DNA of 64,000 nucleotides from Hemiscyllium ocellatum. Taxonomy: Eukaryota. The notes below the pieces were generated by a model. That model was not told the DNA's origin and did not search any database. It was given only the letters and a program-made list of their open reading frames with translations. Location of the stretch: assembly GCF_020745735.1 (NCBI RefSeq), contig NC_083425.1, positions 41,899,575-41,963,574 of the forward strand. The letters are read 5' to 3'. The translations under genes and the position numbers were made by a program. Every line of letters starts with the position of its first letter. Positions within the stretch are counted from its first letter, which is position 1. This document shows, piece by piece, positions 39,655-50,950 of the stretch.

Positions 39655-40472
39655 GGTCAGAGGGGCTGATGGGCCAAGGGGTGGCAGATGGACTTTAATT
39701 TAGGTAAATATGAGATGCTGCATTTTGGAAAGGCAAATCATGGCAGGACTTACACACATAGTGATAAGGTTCTGGGGAGCATTGCTGAACAAAGAGTTCC
39801 TTGAAAGTGGAGTCGCAGGTAGACCAGATAGTGAAGAAGGCGTTTAGTATGCTTGCCTTTGTTGGTCAGTGCATTGAGTTGGGAGGGGATGTTGTGGTTG
39901 TACAGGACATTGGTTAGGTCACTTTTGGAATACTGTGTTCAATTTTGGCCTTCCTGCAATAGAAAGGATGTTGTTCAACTTGAAAAGGTTTACAAGGATG
40001 TCGCTAGGTTTGGCGGGTTTGAACAATAGACAGAGGCTGAATTGGTTGAGATTATTTTCACTGAACGGTCAGAGGCTGAGGGGTGACCTTTATAGAGATT
40101 TATAAAATCATGGGGAGCATGGATAGGGTAAATAGCCAAGGCCTTTTTCCCGCAGTAAGGGAGTCCAAAACTAGAGGGCATAGGTTTAAAGTGAGAGAGG
40201 ACATATTTAAAAGGGACCTAAGGGGCAATGTTTTCATGCAGAGGATGGTCTGTGTATGGAATAATCTGTCGGAGGAGGTTGTGGAGGCTGGTAGAGTTAC
40301 ACCATTTAAAAGATATCTGGATGGGTACAGTACATGAATAGGAAGGGTTTAGAGGGATATGAGCCAAATGCTGTTAAATGGGACTAGATTAATGTAAGAT
40401 ATCTGGTCGGCATGGACAATTTGGACTGAAGGACCTGTTTCTGTGCTGTACCGTTCTATGACTCTATGATTC
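39655..40472 (+). mobile_element. CR1 LINE 3' fragment inserted into an older minus-strand CR1 (39480-39650 and 40475-41290)
   Basis: IEIYKIM..DRVN..LFP...TRGH.FKV...WNNL, tail (actctatg/attctatg). Flanks are a continuous older CR1 3' end. Confidence 0.85.
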
Positions 40473-43400
40473 TAATTGATCTAGCATTCACTGCTGTTTG
40501 TGGAAGAGAGTTGCATACCTCTATGACCCTTTGTGTATAAAAGTGCTTCCTAATATTTCTTCTAAATGGTCTGGCCCTAATCTTTACTCAAAGCTCCATA
40601 GTTGGAGAATCTCCAATCAACAGAAATAGTTTATCTTTATCAACCTTGTCCTTTCCTGTTATTATCTTGAAGAATTTGATCAGATCACTCCTTAATCTTC
40701 TAAATTCTACAGGAAGCCTAATTTGTATAATCTCTCCTCATTACTTCTGAAGTCCAGGTATCGTTCTTGTAAACTTAATTTTGTACCCCTTTCAAGGCCA
40801 ATGAATCGTTCCTAAGATTTAGTGCCCAGATCTGCTCAGAATACTCCAAGTCTGGTGTGACCAGGGTTTTGTATAACTGTAGCATCTTTATGCTCCAGTC
40901 CTCTAGACATAAAGACCAGCACTCCATTAGCCTTCTTGATTATTTTCTGCACTTATGTGGCATTTTAAAGATCTATGCACCTGTATCCCCAAGACGCTTT
41001 CCATCGTATTTAACTGCATATCATCTAGAAAGAACCTTTATCGATCCTTTTCGAATCCAAAATTGACAATTTCACTTACATTGAAATCCATCTATCACAG
41101 TTTTGTCCATCCACTTTGTCTATCAGTATCCCTTTGCAATTTTATGCTATCATCTATAATGGCTGCAAGGCTGCCAAACATTGTGACATCAGCAAATTTG
41201 GATAAACAACTTTTCATGCCATTATCCAATTTATTAATAAATCAGTGAGTAATTGAGACCCTCACACAAATCCTTATGGGACCCCAATTCTTCTTGCAAT
41301 GCTGTCCATTTGCAACAGTTTGAAAGCAATCACCACAAATGGTCAGTGAGTGCATTTGAAAATTGTAGCAGCATATGGACACATCAGACAGCAATTTTCT
41401 TCAATTTTAATTCTATTTTAAAAGGTCGATGTGCCAAAAGGACATGGAACACTCTGAACAGGGCTAACATTTGGCTAAAACATCAGGTAATGATTTGGAA
41501 GCATCAAGCTTGATTTTTGGAAGTTTCTAGTTTGAAATCATTGTTGAAACAAAGGTTTTGAAAAAAGTAGAACAAATGTTAAAGTATTGAACTAATGAGA
41601 GTAGATTAAAAGTCTGCCCTCCAATGGATTGTGCAAATTATCATCCAAACTCCAAAATCAATGTCAATGCTACTTTCTAAAGTATTGTCCCAAATATAAC
41701 AAGTAGCACTCATCCCACAACATATTTTTTTAAAAATCTAGGTGGGGAAATTGCTCTTGAATTTTTTTTGACAGGAAATCCCTCTGTTTGTTATGGTATG
41801 ATTCAGCTGATAATATGTCACTTGAATTTAAAAGAAAAAAATTCAGTCATGGGATGTTGGCATCACAAGCTGGCTAGCATTCACATCCTTGAACTGAGTG
41901 GCTTGCTAGATTATTTCAGACAATGAGGGTCAATAGCATTGTTGTGGATCTAGTGCCACATGTAGGCAGGACCAGGTAAGGATGACCGATTTCCCTCCCT
42001 GAAGAATATTGGTGAGCCGCATGGATTTTTCTTCACAATTGACAATATTTTCATGGTTACTGGTAAATTCTTAATTGTGTTTTTTTAAAATTCAAATCCT
42101 CCCATGGCAGGATTTGAAGCCAGGTCCCCAGAACATTAGCTGAATTTTCCATTAAATATTCTAACAGTAATACCATAGGGCCATTGCTTCCCATCTGACT
42201 GCTGCAAGTTAATACTGTTCCACACCAAATGGTTTGAACAGAAAATACACAGGCAAATTTTGCCAGGCACAATTTCAGCTTGCTCAGTCTGTATTTGCTA
42301 TAAATGGGAGTCACCAAAATCAAACAGTCATACAGCCCTGACTGCTGAACTGGACAGCCCATTTGCTGTGATATTGATCATCTTTTTCCAGAGACAAATC
42401 AAGCCAAATATTAACATTCCTATATTATGAAGGTTACAAACTAATTTGGGGGGAATAAGTTTACATAAATACACAACAGGTTAAATTAACTGGGCTCCAT
42501 GGAATGATTGTTTTATTCCCAGGTTGTTGATAATAGTCTGCCAATGTGATTTCACCGTATGACTCGTTTGTACAGTGATCATCAGGGGAAGTGAGCTTTA
42601 TACCACTCAATACAAGTTGTATTCTACAGATTGGATTTACCCACAGCCATGTGGAATGCTTCAAGTTGCTGTGATTTCTTCAAGTATACTGCCTTAGAAG
42701 GTTTCTCCATGATATCTGGATGAGATCAGAATGATGGCTTATCAGAAATCATGCTGTCTAATTAATGCCAGCATCTGTTTGGATTAAGTGAAACACAAGA
42801 TTGTTGGTACAACTAGGAAAATGCAAGTTGTTTAATATATTTTTGTTTCTCTTTCAACTTTCTACATACAGTGGAAAGGCTAGGCATCTGTCAGTACTAT
42901 TCAATACCTTAGTATTTGGAGTGTCTGTTGTAGTGACCCAAATTGTGTAATGATGCAAAGGACTTCCTGGACTCTTGGTGCAGTTTGTTGACAAATCCAT
43001 CAACTAGGTGATCATTCATGCTTCGACATGATACAATAGCTTGATATGGTACTTAGGGCTAAAGGAGCAAGCAGGTACAGTTGGATAGTCAGCCATAGCG
43101 ATACTGAAAGAGAAGCAGGTTTGAAGGACCAAATGGCCTAGCCCTGTTCCTAATTTCTATGAAAACATATTAGCAAACCAACCTCTAGACATCATCATCT
43201 ACTGCAACTCAAGTTAGATTATGAGTAAGTGATTTGGATGAAAAGCACAACATAAATTATAATTGAAATAGATGGTGCTTTGCAAGAACTAAATTGTCTC
43301 AAATTATGGAGCTGAAACTGAGCGTACAATGATATCCTTAGTATTCAGCCTCAGGCATTGTAATCTATCAAGTATGCAGAGTCTGTCAATAGTTCCTTTT

Positions 43401-44789
43401 GAATGTCTGTACTTTATCAAATATAACTATGGCACAATGCTATATGAAACTTCCACAGTACTTTATGTGCACACTTCATCAATGCTATCCATCCATTTGG
43501 GATCTGTACAGACTGCCTGCTGATTCACGTAACCAACTTACCTTAATGTGATATTGATGTCTTTTCTAGGAGACAATTCAAGCTAAAATGTAACATTGAT
43601 ATTATGATAGAAATATATGATTGGGGATAGTACATGTATAGTACTTAACCTTTGGTTATGTAATACCACATTGGATCTGTATTCTCAAACATGATGCTCT
43701 GTCAGCTTATTCTATATATACTGTCTTCAATCACCTCACTAAAATGGTTTTTCAAAAAGGAAACTTTAAAAGCAATGTGCACTATTCTATTGCACACATA
43801 AATATTTTACAATTCTAATGGGAAATGAAAAGAAAGTCAAGCATATTTCCTTTGTACTAAGTCAATATTTAATAGCCCATTTAAAAAAATTGAGTTCTTT
43901 CTGAAATTTATTAAACAACCAAATGTTTGCAGGAAGTTCCATCTGAGAGCTAAGACTATTTGTACACTTGTCCTGATGAGTCACAGATTTCAACAAATTT
44001 GCTTTATAACCAGGAAACAATTTTTAAAAAAGTATTAATTGCCACAGCATGTAATATTTGGTCATATTGACTTATAATGTGTATGGATTGAGTCATAAAC
44101 TGTTCAGTTACTTTGTCATTTCTCTACTAAGATAAACTACCCACTGTATTGTTTCTTATGGAGTTTAATGTTAGTTTTCTTTTTTTTTAATTTTGCTATC
44201 TTCTGGTTCTGTGGCTTCCATGCATTATATATTATTTCATCCGAGGGGACAGAAATTATTTTTGTAATCCTGAATTCTATTCCATAACAAATGGTAAAGA
44301 GGTACACAAGAGCGTTATAGAGTGAGCCTACCACTGTCATCCCCTCCATCTCAGTGGGAAATGTCTTGCTATACCTTTTGCAGCCCCAAACTCAAGGTTT
44401 TGTTGTAATATAGGCATTGCTGACTGAGGAATAGTGGCTACAGATATAATTCACATAATACACTAATTGGGCCTTGCATTTGCTCCAGTTAATTCTGTTC
44501 ATACTTCAAAGTAATCTTTCTTGCTGCTTTGTTTCCCTTTGTCTCATCTGAAGCTATTAATTTATATTTTGGTAGCATTGTAATAGAAACGGTCTCTTTC
44601 TATTACCTCTCACATGGGCAGTCTTCAATTATTTGCTTAGACAGTAAATGTTCGGATGCTATTTTACTGCAGATTTAACTGTATATGTACATTTTCCATT
44701 GATGGGTAATTGAATTAAGATCAATAGTGGTATTCTGGCTTTATTTTGTTTTTCCTGAGTCTGTGGTGAGATCCATTTTTTATTTTTAT

Positions 44790-45600
44790 TTGTTCATGGG
44801 ATGTGGGTATCACTGATTAGGCCATATTTATTGCGCATTCCTAACTCCATTTGAGAACGTGGTGGTGAGATCCTTCTTGAACTGCTCAGTCCTTGGGTCT
44901 ATACCTGTTGGACAGTGCTGTAAAGAATGAAGCTCTCGGACTTTGGTCCAACGACAATGAAGAAATGATGATATGGTTTCAAGTCAGGATGATGAGTGAC
45001 CTGCAATGGAACTTACAGGTGGTGCTATTCCCAAGCATTTGCAGAACTTTTCCATCTTGGTGGTAGAGATCATAGGTTTGGAAAATGCTGTCCAAGGAGT
45101 CTTAGTGAGTTGTTGCAGTGCTAGGTGTTAAACACTGCTGCCAGGGTGCATTGTTGGTGAAGGACATGTGTGTTGCAAGTGATGGATGAGGTACCAATCA
45201 CTTCAGTTGCTTTGTCCTAGATGACACTATATTACTGGAGTGTCATTGGAGCCATGCCCATCCAGGCAAGTGGAGAGTATTCCTTTATGTTTGACTTGTG
45301 CCTTGAAGTAGTATTGGGAATACTGTAGGTGAATTATTCATTGCAGAATTCCAAGTCTCTTATCTGCTTTTGTAGCTGCAGTATTTATATAGCTGGTTCA
45401 GTTCAGCTTTTCATTAATGATCAGCCAGCAGAAAGTTGACGATGAGTGAATTCAGTGATGGGAATTGAGTGTCAAGGGGAGAGGTTAGATTCTCTCATTT
45501 TGAAAATAGTCATTGTCAGGTACTTGTGTGGCATGATTGTTTCTTGCCACTTATCAGTCCAAACCTGGATATTTTCCAGGTCTTGCCGCATATTATAGTG
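44790..45600 (-). mobile_element. Old LINE 3' end of a recurrent family (related pieces at ~800-1060, 9600-9900, 41845-42190, 52900-53210, 57370-57770)
   Basis: Shared terminus catgggatgtggg...catttattgcccatccctaatt, or its reverse ggcaataaatgctggcctagccag. Confidence 0.6.
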
Positions 45601-45914
45601 TGCCATTACATCTTGACTGGGATCAATTAGATCAATCCATTAACAAAAAATCTAAACTAATGGCCTGCAAGTAAGTTTTCTGATGGCTCTCACACAGGGA
45701 ATAAAGCACCTGGCACTAAAAGCAGATAATTACACAAGAAACGCTGTGCAGTAGCCTCATTGTTGATACAGACCTATTATCTACTTTTACGATACTCAGA
45801 ATGCAATTAAGCTCTACATTTCAGGCAGGAATTTATGTATGAAAGTAGCTTAAGAAACAATTCAGTACCAAAACTATAAGATAATTGTATTGCTTATAGG
45901 AACTACATTTCTAT

Positions 45915-46378
45915 AAGTATCTAGGATAGCTTGCTGAGCTGGAGGATTTGTTTTCAGATGTTTCATCACCATACTAGGTAACATCATCAGTGAGAGTATC
46001 CAGTGAAGCGCTGGTGGTATGTCCCACCTCTCTATTTATTGGTCTTTGTTTCTTAAGGTGGGTGATGTCATTTTTGGTTCTTCTTTTCAAGGACAGGTAG
46101 ATATGATCTAAATTGATGTGTTTATTGATGGAGTTCTGGTTAGAATGGCATCGATTTAGATCCTATGCATCTTCCTTTGAAAAAAAAGAAATAGCATCAC
46201 CCACCTTAAGAAACCAAGACCAATAGAAAGGTGGGACGTGCCAACTACGCTTCACCAGAAACACTCACTGATGATGTTACCTAGTACGGTGATGAAACAT
46301 CTGAAAACAAACCTTCAGGCTCAGTGAGCTCACTTACATACTTATCAACCTGAGCTACAAATCTTCTCAATAATTGCT
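45915..46378. mobile_element. Palindromic Penelope-like remnant with an HHR motif in each arm
   Basis: Inverted arms of ~200 bp. 14-bp TSD AACTACATTTCTAT at 45901-45914 and 46379-46392. 3' end gagctacaaatcttctc is shared with the 25195-26366 element. Confidence 0.85.
46265..46304 (+). ncRNA. Minimal type I hammerhead ribozyme motif
   Basis: TCA-CTGATGA-tgttacc-tagtac-ggtgat-GAAA-C-ATC-TGA. Mirror copy on the minus strand at ~45954-45993. Confidence 0.6.
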
Positions 46379-48421
46379 AACTACATTTCTATGTTTAGAT
46401 TCAAGAATATAATGTAAAATGAGTCTTGGTTTTCTTTGGAAACCTAATATTAATGCAAAAACAAATGCCAGAGAAATTCAGCAGCATCTGTGGACAGAGA
46501 AACAGAGTTAACATTGTGAGTCTGGTACGACCTGCTGAGTTTCTCCAGCACATTCTGTTTTCTTTTTTGACTTTCAGCATCAGCAGATTTTTTTTTTAGT
46601 TTTTATTGAAGTCATATTGCTCCTGAGTGGCTTCAGGTAAAATCACTAGAAATAGTCAAAAGAAAAAGATGTTCTTCTGACATTGACAGAAAAATAGATT
46701 AATATCTCAGCACAAACCGTTCCAGGGCAATAAGGTGTAGACTCCTGATTTCAGTTTTTCATGTTGTGAGTTCTCAATTTCTGCTCACTATTTCAGTGCG
46801 GAGATGCTGTGGGTAGATATTGATTGCCTTGTGATGGTGAGAGGGTAAAATCTGCAGCTGGTTTTAGATCCTAAGATGAAAAATGACAGAGAGTGAGTGT
46901 TATTTCAGGTGATGAACACTTTTTGCCCACTGGCCCTTGCATCGGCATCCTGCTTAGATTCTTAGCTGATGCATGGGCGTATTATACAATAAAACTAAAA
47001 GTGAATAATTGGCAAAAATTATCCAGAACTGTTTAAATATTCCTCTCAACTTGCTCACATTTATTCAAAATAGTTTGTTAATTCCTTCCAAATGAAAGAA
47101 TTCCTAAAAGTACCAGTGGAAATCACAGACGAAATTACAAATTCTAATTTACACTGTGTTTAAACAGAAACGGAAAGATGGACTAAGTTGGTCAATTTAA
47201 TTCTACTTTCATTTATTTTTAATTTACTTTTTATTTCTTAGTGAAGTATTATTGAATTTCAGGACAAAGAAATGCATTTGAGTTGAATCTATTTTCATAT
47301 AAGAAGTGAAAGATCGTGGCGATTTTTGTGAAATTTATCTGACAATGGATCCTAGAAATACTGTAGAATATATATTTTTATGTTAGAGGCAATATATAAA
47401 TGAATTTTATTGTTGGAAGATGCCTCATATGGATCTGTTTGTGATTTGTTAGAGATTAACATTAAGGTAGTCTTGTGCAATGTTCAATAATTTTTCTATT
47501 TGAGAACTAAGAGAATTACACTCTGTCAATTTTAACAGTAGCTGCTACACCAAGCACGATCATTTACAAATCTCATTAAAAATCCATTCAATATAACAAG
47601 CCAACTTGAAGTATGCTTAGACAAACAAATTGTACTGCAAGTATTTAAAGTAAGGGTTAACACTTTACTGTGCACAAATAATTTCCAGTGCAGCAAGGCA
47701 GATAATTAGTGATTAAGTGCAATATTTAGCTTGATGCATGTTTTAGTCTCTTGCAAAGACACCCAAAATTATGCACCACATGAAAACATGCATATTTTCT
47801 ATCATGCCTCCAGTTGATTCATTGGTTTATATCCATGACAGTACTTACAAATAACTTTACATCACAATTGATAACGTTTTACTGACACAGTTAATTTCAT
47901 GACTTCAGAAATGGTTTGCGACATACTGGACAGCTTGATGGATTGGCTGATGCATTCATTAGTTTGTTGCTTAAAACAGCGTAATGCTCGGAACTGGGTA
48001 GCTCTGAGAAGCCATGAAATTAAATTATTCGATTAAATTCCATCAGGTAGAAATGTTGACAAAAAATACACCATTGAAAAAAGTAATTCATTTTCTTCAA
48101 TGATCATCAAGCTAATGAAATTCATTAAATGTTACATTGTGACTTTATTCCAGATCTTTCACAGTAACTACTCTTCCATTAAAAAGTAATTGTTGGCGAG
48201 AATGCACTTTGGGATATCCTTGGTTCATAAAAGGTGCATTACAAATGCATGTCTTTCTTTCTCTCTCACCAGTTTCACTGATGCTAAGGAATAAATGAGG
48301 AGAGCTTTTCATACATCTCCTTTTAACTTCCACAAGCCCTAGTAAACACGAATTACAGTGAGAAATCCACTCATAGAAACCGTCAGTTTAACAATCAGCT
48401 TCTCTGTAGTGTAGTTCTATC

Positions 48422-48826
48422 TCACAAGTTAAAGAATGATGGTGGTTTGTGGTTCCTTAAATACCTTGACATAGACTTTTTTCTTTGTTTTTCTTTGAGG
48501 ATAGGGAGCCAGACTAATCCAAATATGAGAAACATCATCCCAATGGAAAGAAAAGCAGGCCCCAGCACGTTGCATGTTTTCTTTGTGATCTGCCCAAAAT
48601 ACAAACCAGTCATTATGGACCCCAAAAAGAAAAAAGCCCCTCCAACTGACATGACAATAATAGGTTTGTGATAGGTTTCCCAGGCAGTCCGTGGCTCTGA
48701 TGTCCAAATGGATACACTTCTGGAACTGCTGTAGTAGGTGCTTTCCGTATGGTTGGTCAGCAGATCTTTGGACTCAGAGCATAATCGCATGCCCAGATCA
48801 ATGTTCTCAGTTGAACTTGTCTTCAT
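48422..48826 (-). CDS. PIRT: Phosphoinositide-interacting regulator of TRP channels (PIRT), single coding exon, 134 aa
   Basis: Motifs SKDLL, SSRSVSIWTSEPRTAWETYHKPIIVMSVGGA and GPAFLSIGMMFLIFGLVWLPILKEKQRKK match PIRT. The ATG is at 48826; the ORF-track start at 48829 is GTG. A splice acceptor (tttaaacacag|A) at 48855/48854 implies an upstream non-coding exon. Confidence 0.93.
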   Translation of the reverse strand: MKTSSTENIDLGMRLCSESKDLLTNHTESTYYSSSRSVSIWTSEPRTAWETYHKPIIVMSVGGAFFFLGSIMTGLYFGQITKKTCNVLGPAFLSIGMMFLIFGLVWLPILKEKQRKKSMSRYLRNHKPPSFFNL

Positions 48827-50391
48827 CACTGGATCTGAATGGGTGCCAACTTATCTGTGTTTAAACAGATAAATACATTATTGAAAATAAAAACTAACTA
48901 AATTGGCAGAAGTGAAAATTAAGCTATTTTCATTGTTTTAATGATCACTGAACCCATACATTCATTAAATGTCTGACTGTGACTGTAATTCAGGTGCACC
49001 ATATTCCTCTGATATAAGTTCCTCATGTTGATATATTTCCAAATGTCTAGAAATTTTTCAAACACTTAAAAGCAGAAATATAGATTTATAAAGTATACCA
49101 GCATCAATGCTCACTGGCAGTGTCATTTGAATAGGATGCTAAAATAACCCTCCTCAAAACAGGAACAAGTGAACTGAGCAGCTTTTCAATACATAATGGA
49201 TAAACAAATCAATAGGCACAGCCTGACAAGTTTGTTTAACTAAATTACATTATACAAACACAGTTGAAAAAAAACTTTGAATTCAAGCCTGGATGAAGCA
49301 AGTAAGAACTGCAGGGAGCTGCAATCATCTCATCAATTTCTACTGAAGCAGAAGATGAATATGAAAAATGGCTCAAACACTGTTTAGTTTTTGCTTTGGG
49401 GGTTCTATTTTTATAAGCTGGCATATAGTACTTTTTGTGAAAAATTATGTTATAAAAACTGGAGGTTAGATTTAATATTAGACATCCAGTGTCTAATGAA
49501 TGGCTGCTGATGTGATCCGGGAATAATATTTATACAAAAGAGACCAGAGAAGCAATTAAATAATTTCAATGCAATGTTGTCAGCGAGTATATCATGGGTG
49601 TTACAATGCAGGGGAAGTTAATAAATGTGTGTGAATCTCACTTTGAATTAATACATACTTAAACATTTTGCCTGTGACATTGTTACCTTTGCCGGTCTTA
49701 TTCCACTCATCTCACAGTTCAATAATGCTCAGTGAGTTGGTTCATAAGAGCTTTGCCTTTTTTGATCAATGACCGGAAATATAATCTTGATATGATTTAT
49801 TATTCTGTCTGCAATATAAAGAACAGGAATGTGACTTTGGAAAGAGATGACTGCCACAGTCCATTCATATCTGGAGCCCAGTTTTAAATCTAGGCCATAG
49901 TGAAAAGATGAAAGGCTGGCTATGAAAGGTTATAAGGATTGAACAGGAAATGAGTACAGCCGGTAGTAACCCACTTCTTCACACTGTGAGTTTACTCTGC
50001 GAAAATGCCTGTAACTTTGCATTAAGCTAAAAGCCTGAACTCAAGGTACCAGGAAACTAAATGGCTAGGAAGGGAAAAAGTCAAAATGCTGCTATATGAT
50101 GTCATCTCCTGAGACCAGGAGTTAGGTTGTCGGCTGGTGCAGCGTAAAGGGAATCACTCCTTGGGCTAAAAACTTGACTACATTCATTTGTGGGTACAGG
50201 GATTGAGAAGTGAGATTAATCTGATCCAGGTGATGCAGGTAATATGTATTATCTGTGATGCATGTTCACCACTGATTGTGCTATGCCATTTAATTTGTAA
50301 AACTCTGCTCACTGTCTACACAAATAACAGGAGACCCAGATTCATGCTTAGCTGCAAGATTTACTGGTACTCTGCAATACCTAAAGGCAGC

Positions 50392-50600
50392 AGGTCAGGC
50401 AGCATCCAAGGAACAGGAAATTCGATGTTTCGGGCAAAAGCCCTTCATCAGGAAACTCCTGATCAGGAAATTCCTGATGAAGGGCTTTTGCCCGAAACGT
50501 TGAATTTCCTGTTCCTTGGATGCTGCCTGACCTGCTGTGCTTTAACCAGCAACACATTTTCAGCTCTGATCTCCAGCATCTGCAGACCTCACTTTTTACT
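50392..50600. mobile_element. Palindromic Penelope pLTR element with twin HHR motifs
   Basis: Near-perfect inverted arms. Direct repeat CAATACCTAAAGGCAGC at 50375-50391 and 50601-50617. Confidence 0.88.
50464..50511 (+). ncRNA. Minimal type I hammerhead ribozyme motif (intact core)
   Basis: CAGGAAATTC-CTGATGA-a-GGGC-tttt-GCCC-GAAA-C-GTT-GAATTTCCTG: helix I 10 bp, helix II 4 bp, palindromic ACGT helix III. Confidence 0.75.
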
Positions 50601-50737
50601 CAATACCTAAAGGCAGCCTGCTTCTCAAAAGGATGGTGCAATTAAACTGCAACAACTCAGTGGAATCTTTTTGTGAACATCTTTGAAAGGAGGCAGAAGA
50701 CTGAAAAGATTGCCAGCGAAAAACCAGGTCAGGGAGG

Positions 50738-50950
50738 GAGCTATCAAGTTCTCTGTTTCAGCGCTGGAAGCCATAGTCCTGGAGGTCAAGTTGAGGAGAA
50801 AGTTGATGTTACTGCAGGGGGCTCAGACGTCCTTCAGGGGTGAATAGGAATGGGTAGTCATGGAGGTGAGTTCCGGGAGTCTAACCCAGGGAACCTGACT
50901 GCATTGTCACAGAAACATCACCCATCCTACCCAAATCATCAAAATCAGTG
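50738..50950 (+). mobile_element. Fossil PIF/Harbinger-type Myb/SANT DNA-binding ORF fragment
   Basis: AIKFSVSALEAIVLEVKLRRKLM...GE*EWVVMEVSSGSLTQGT*LHCHRNI. The stops fall on the expected Trp positions. Confidence 0.55.
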
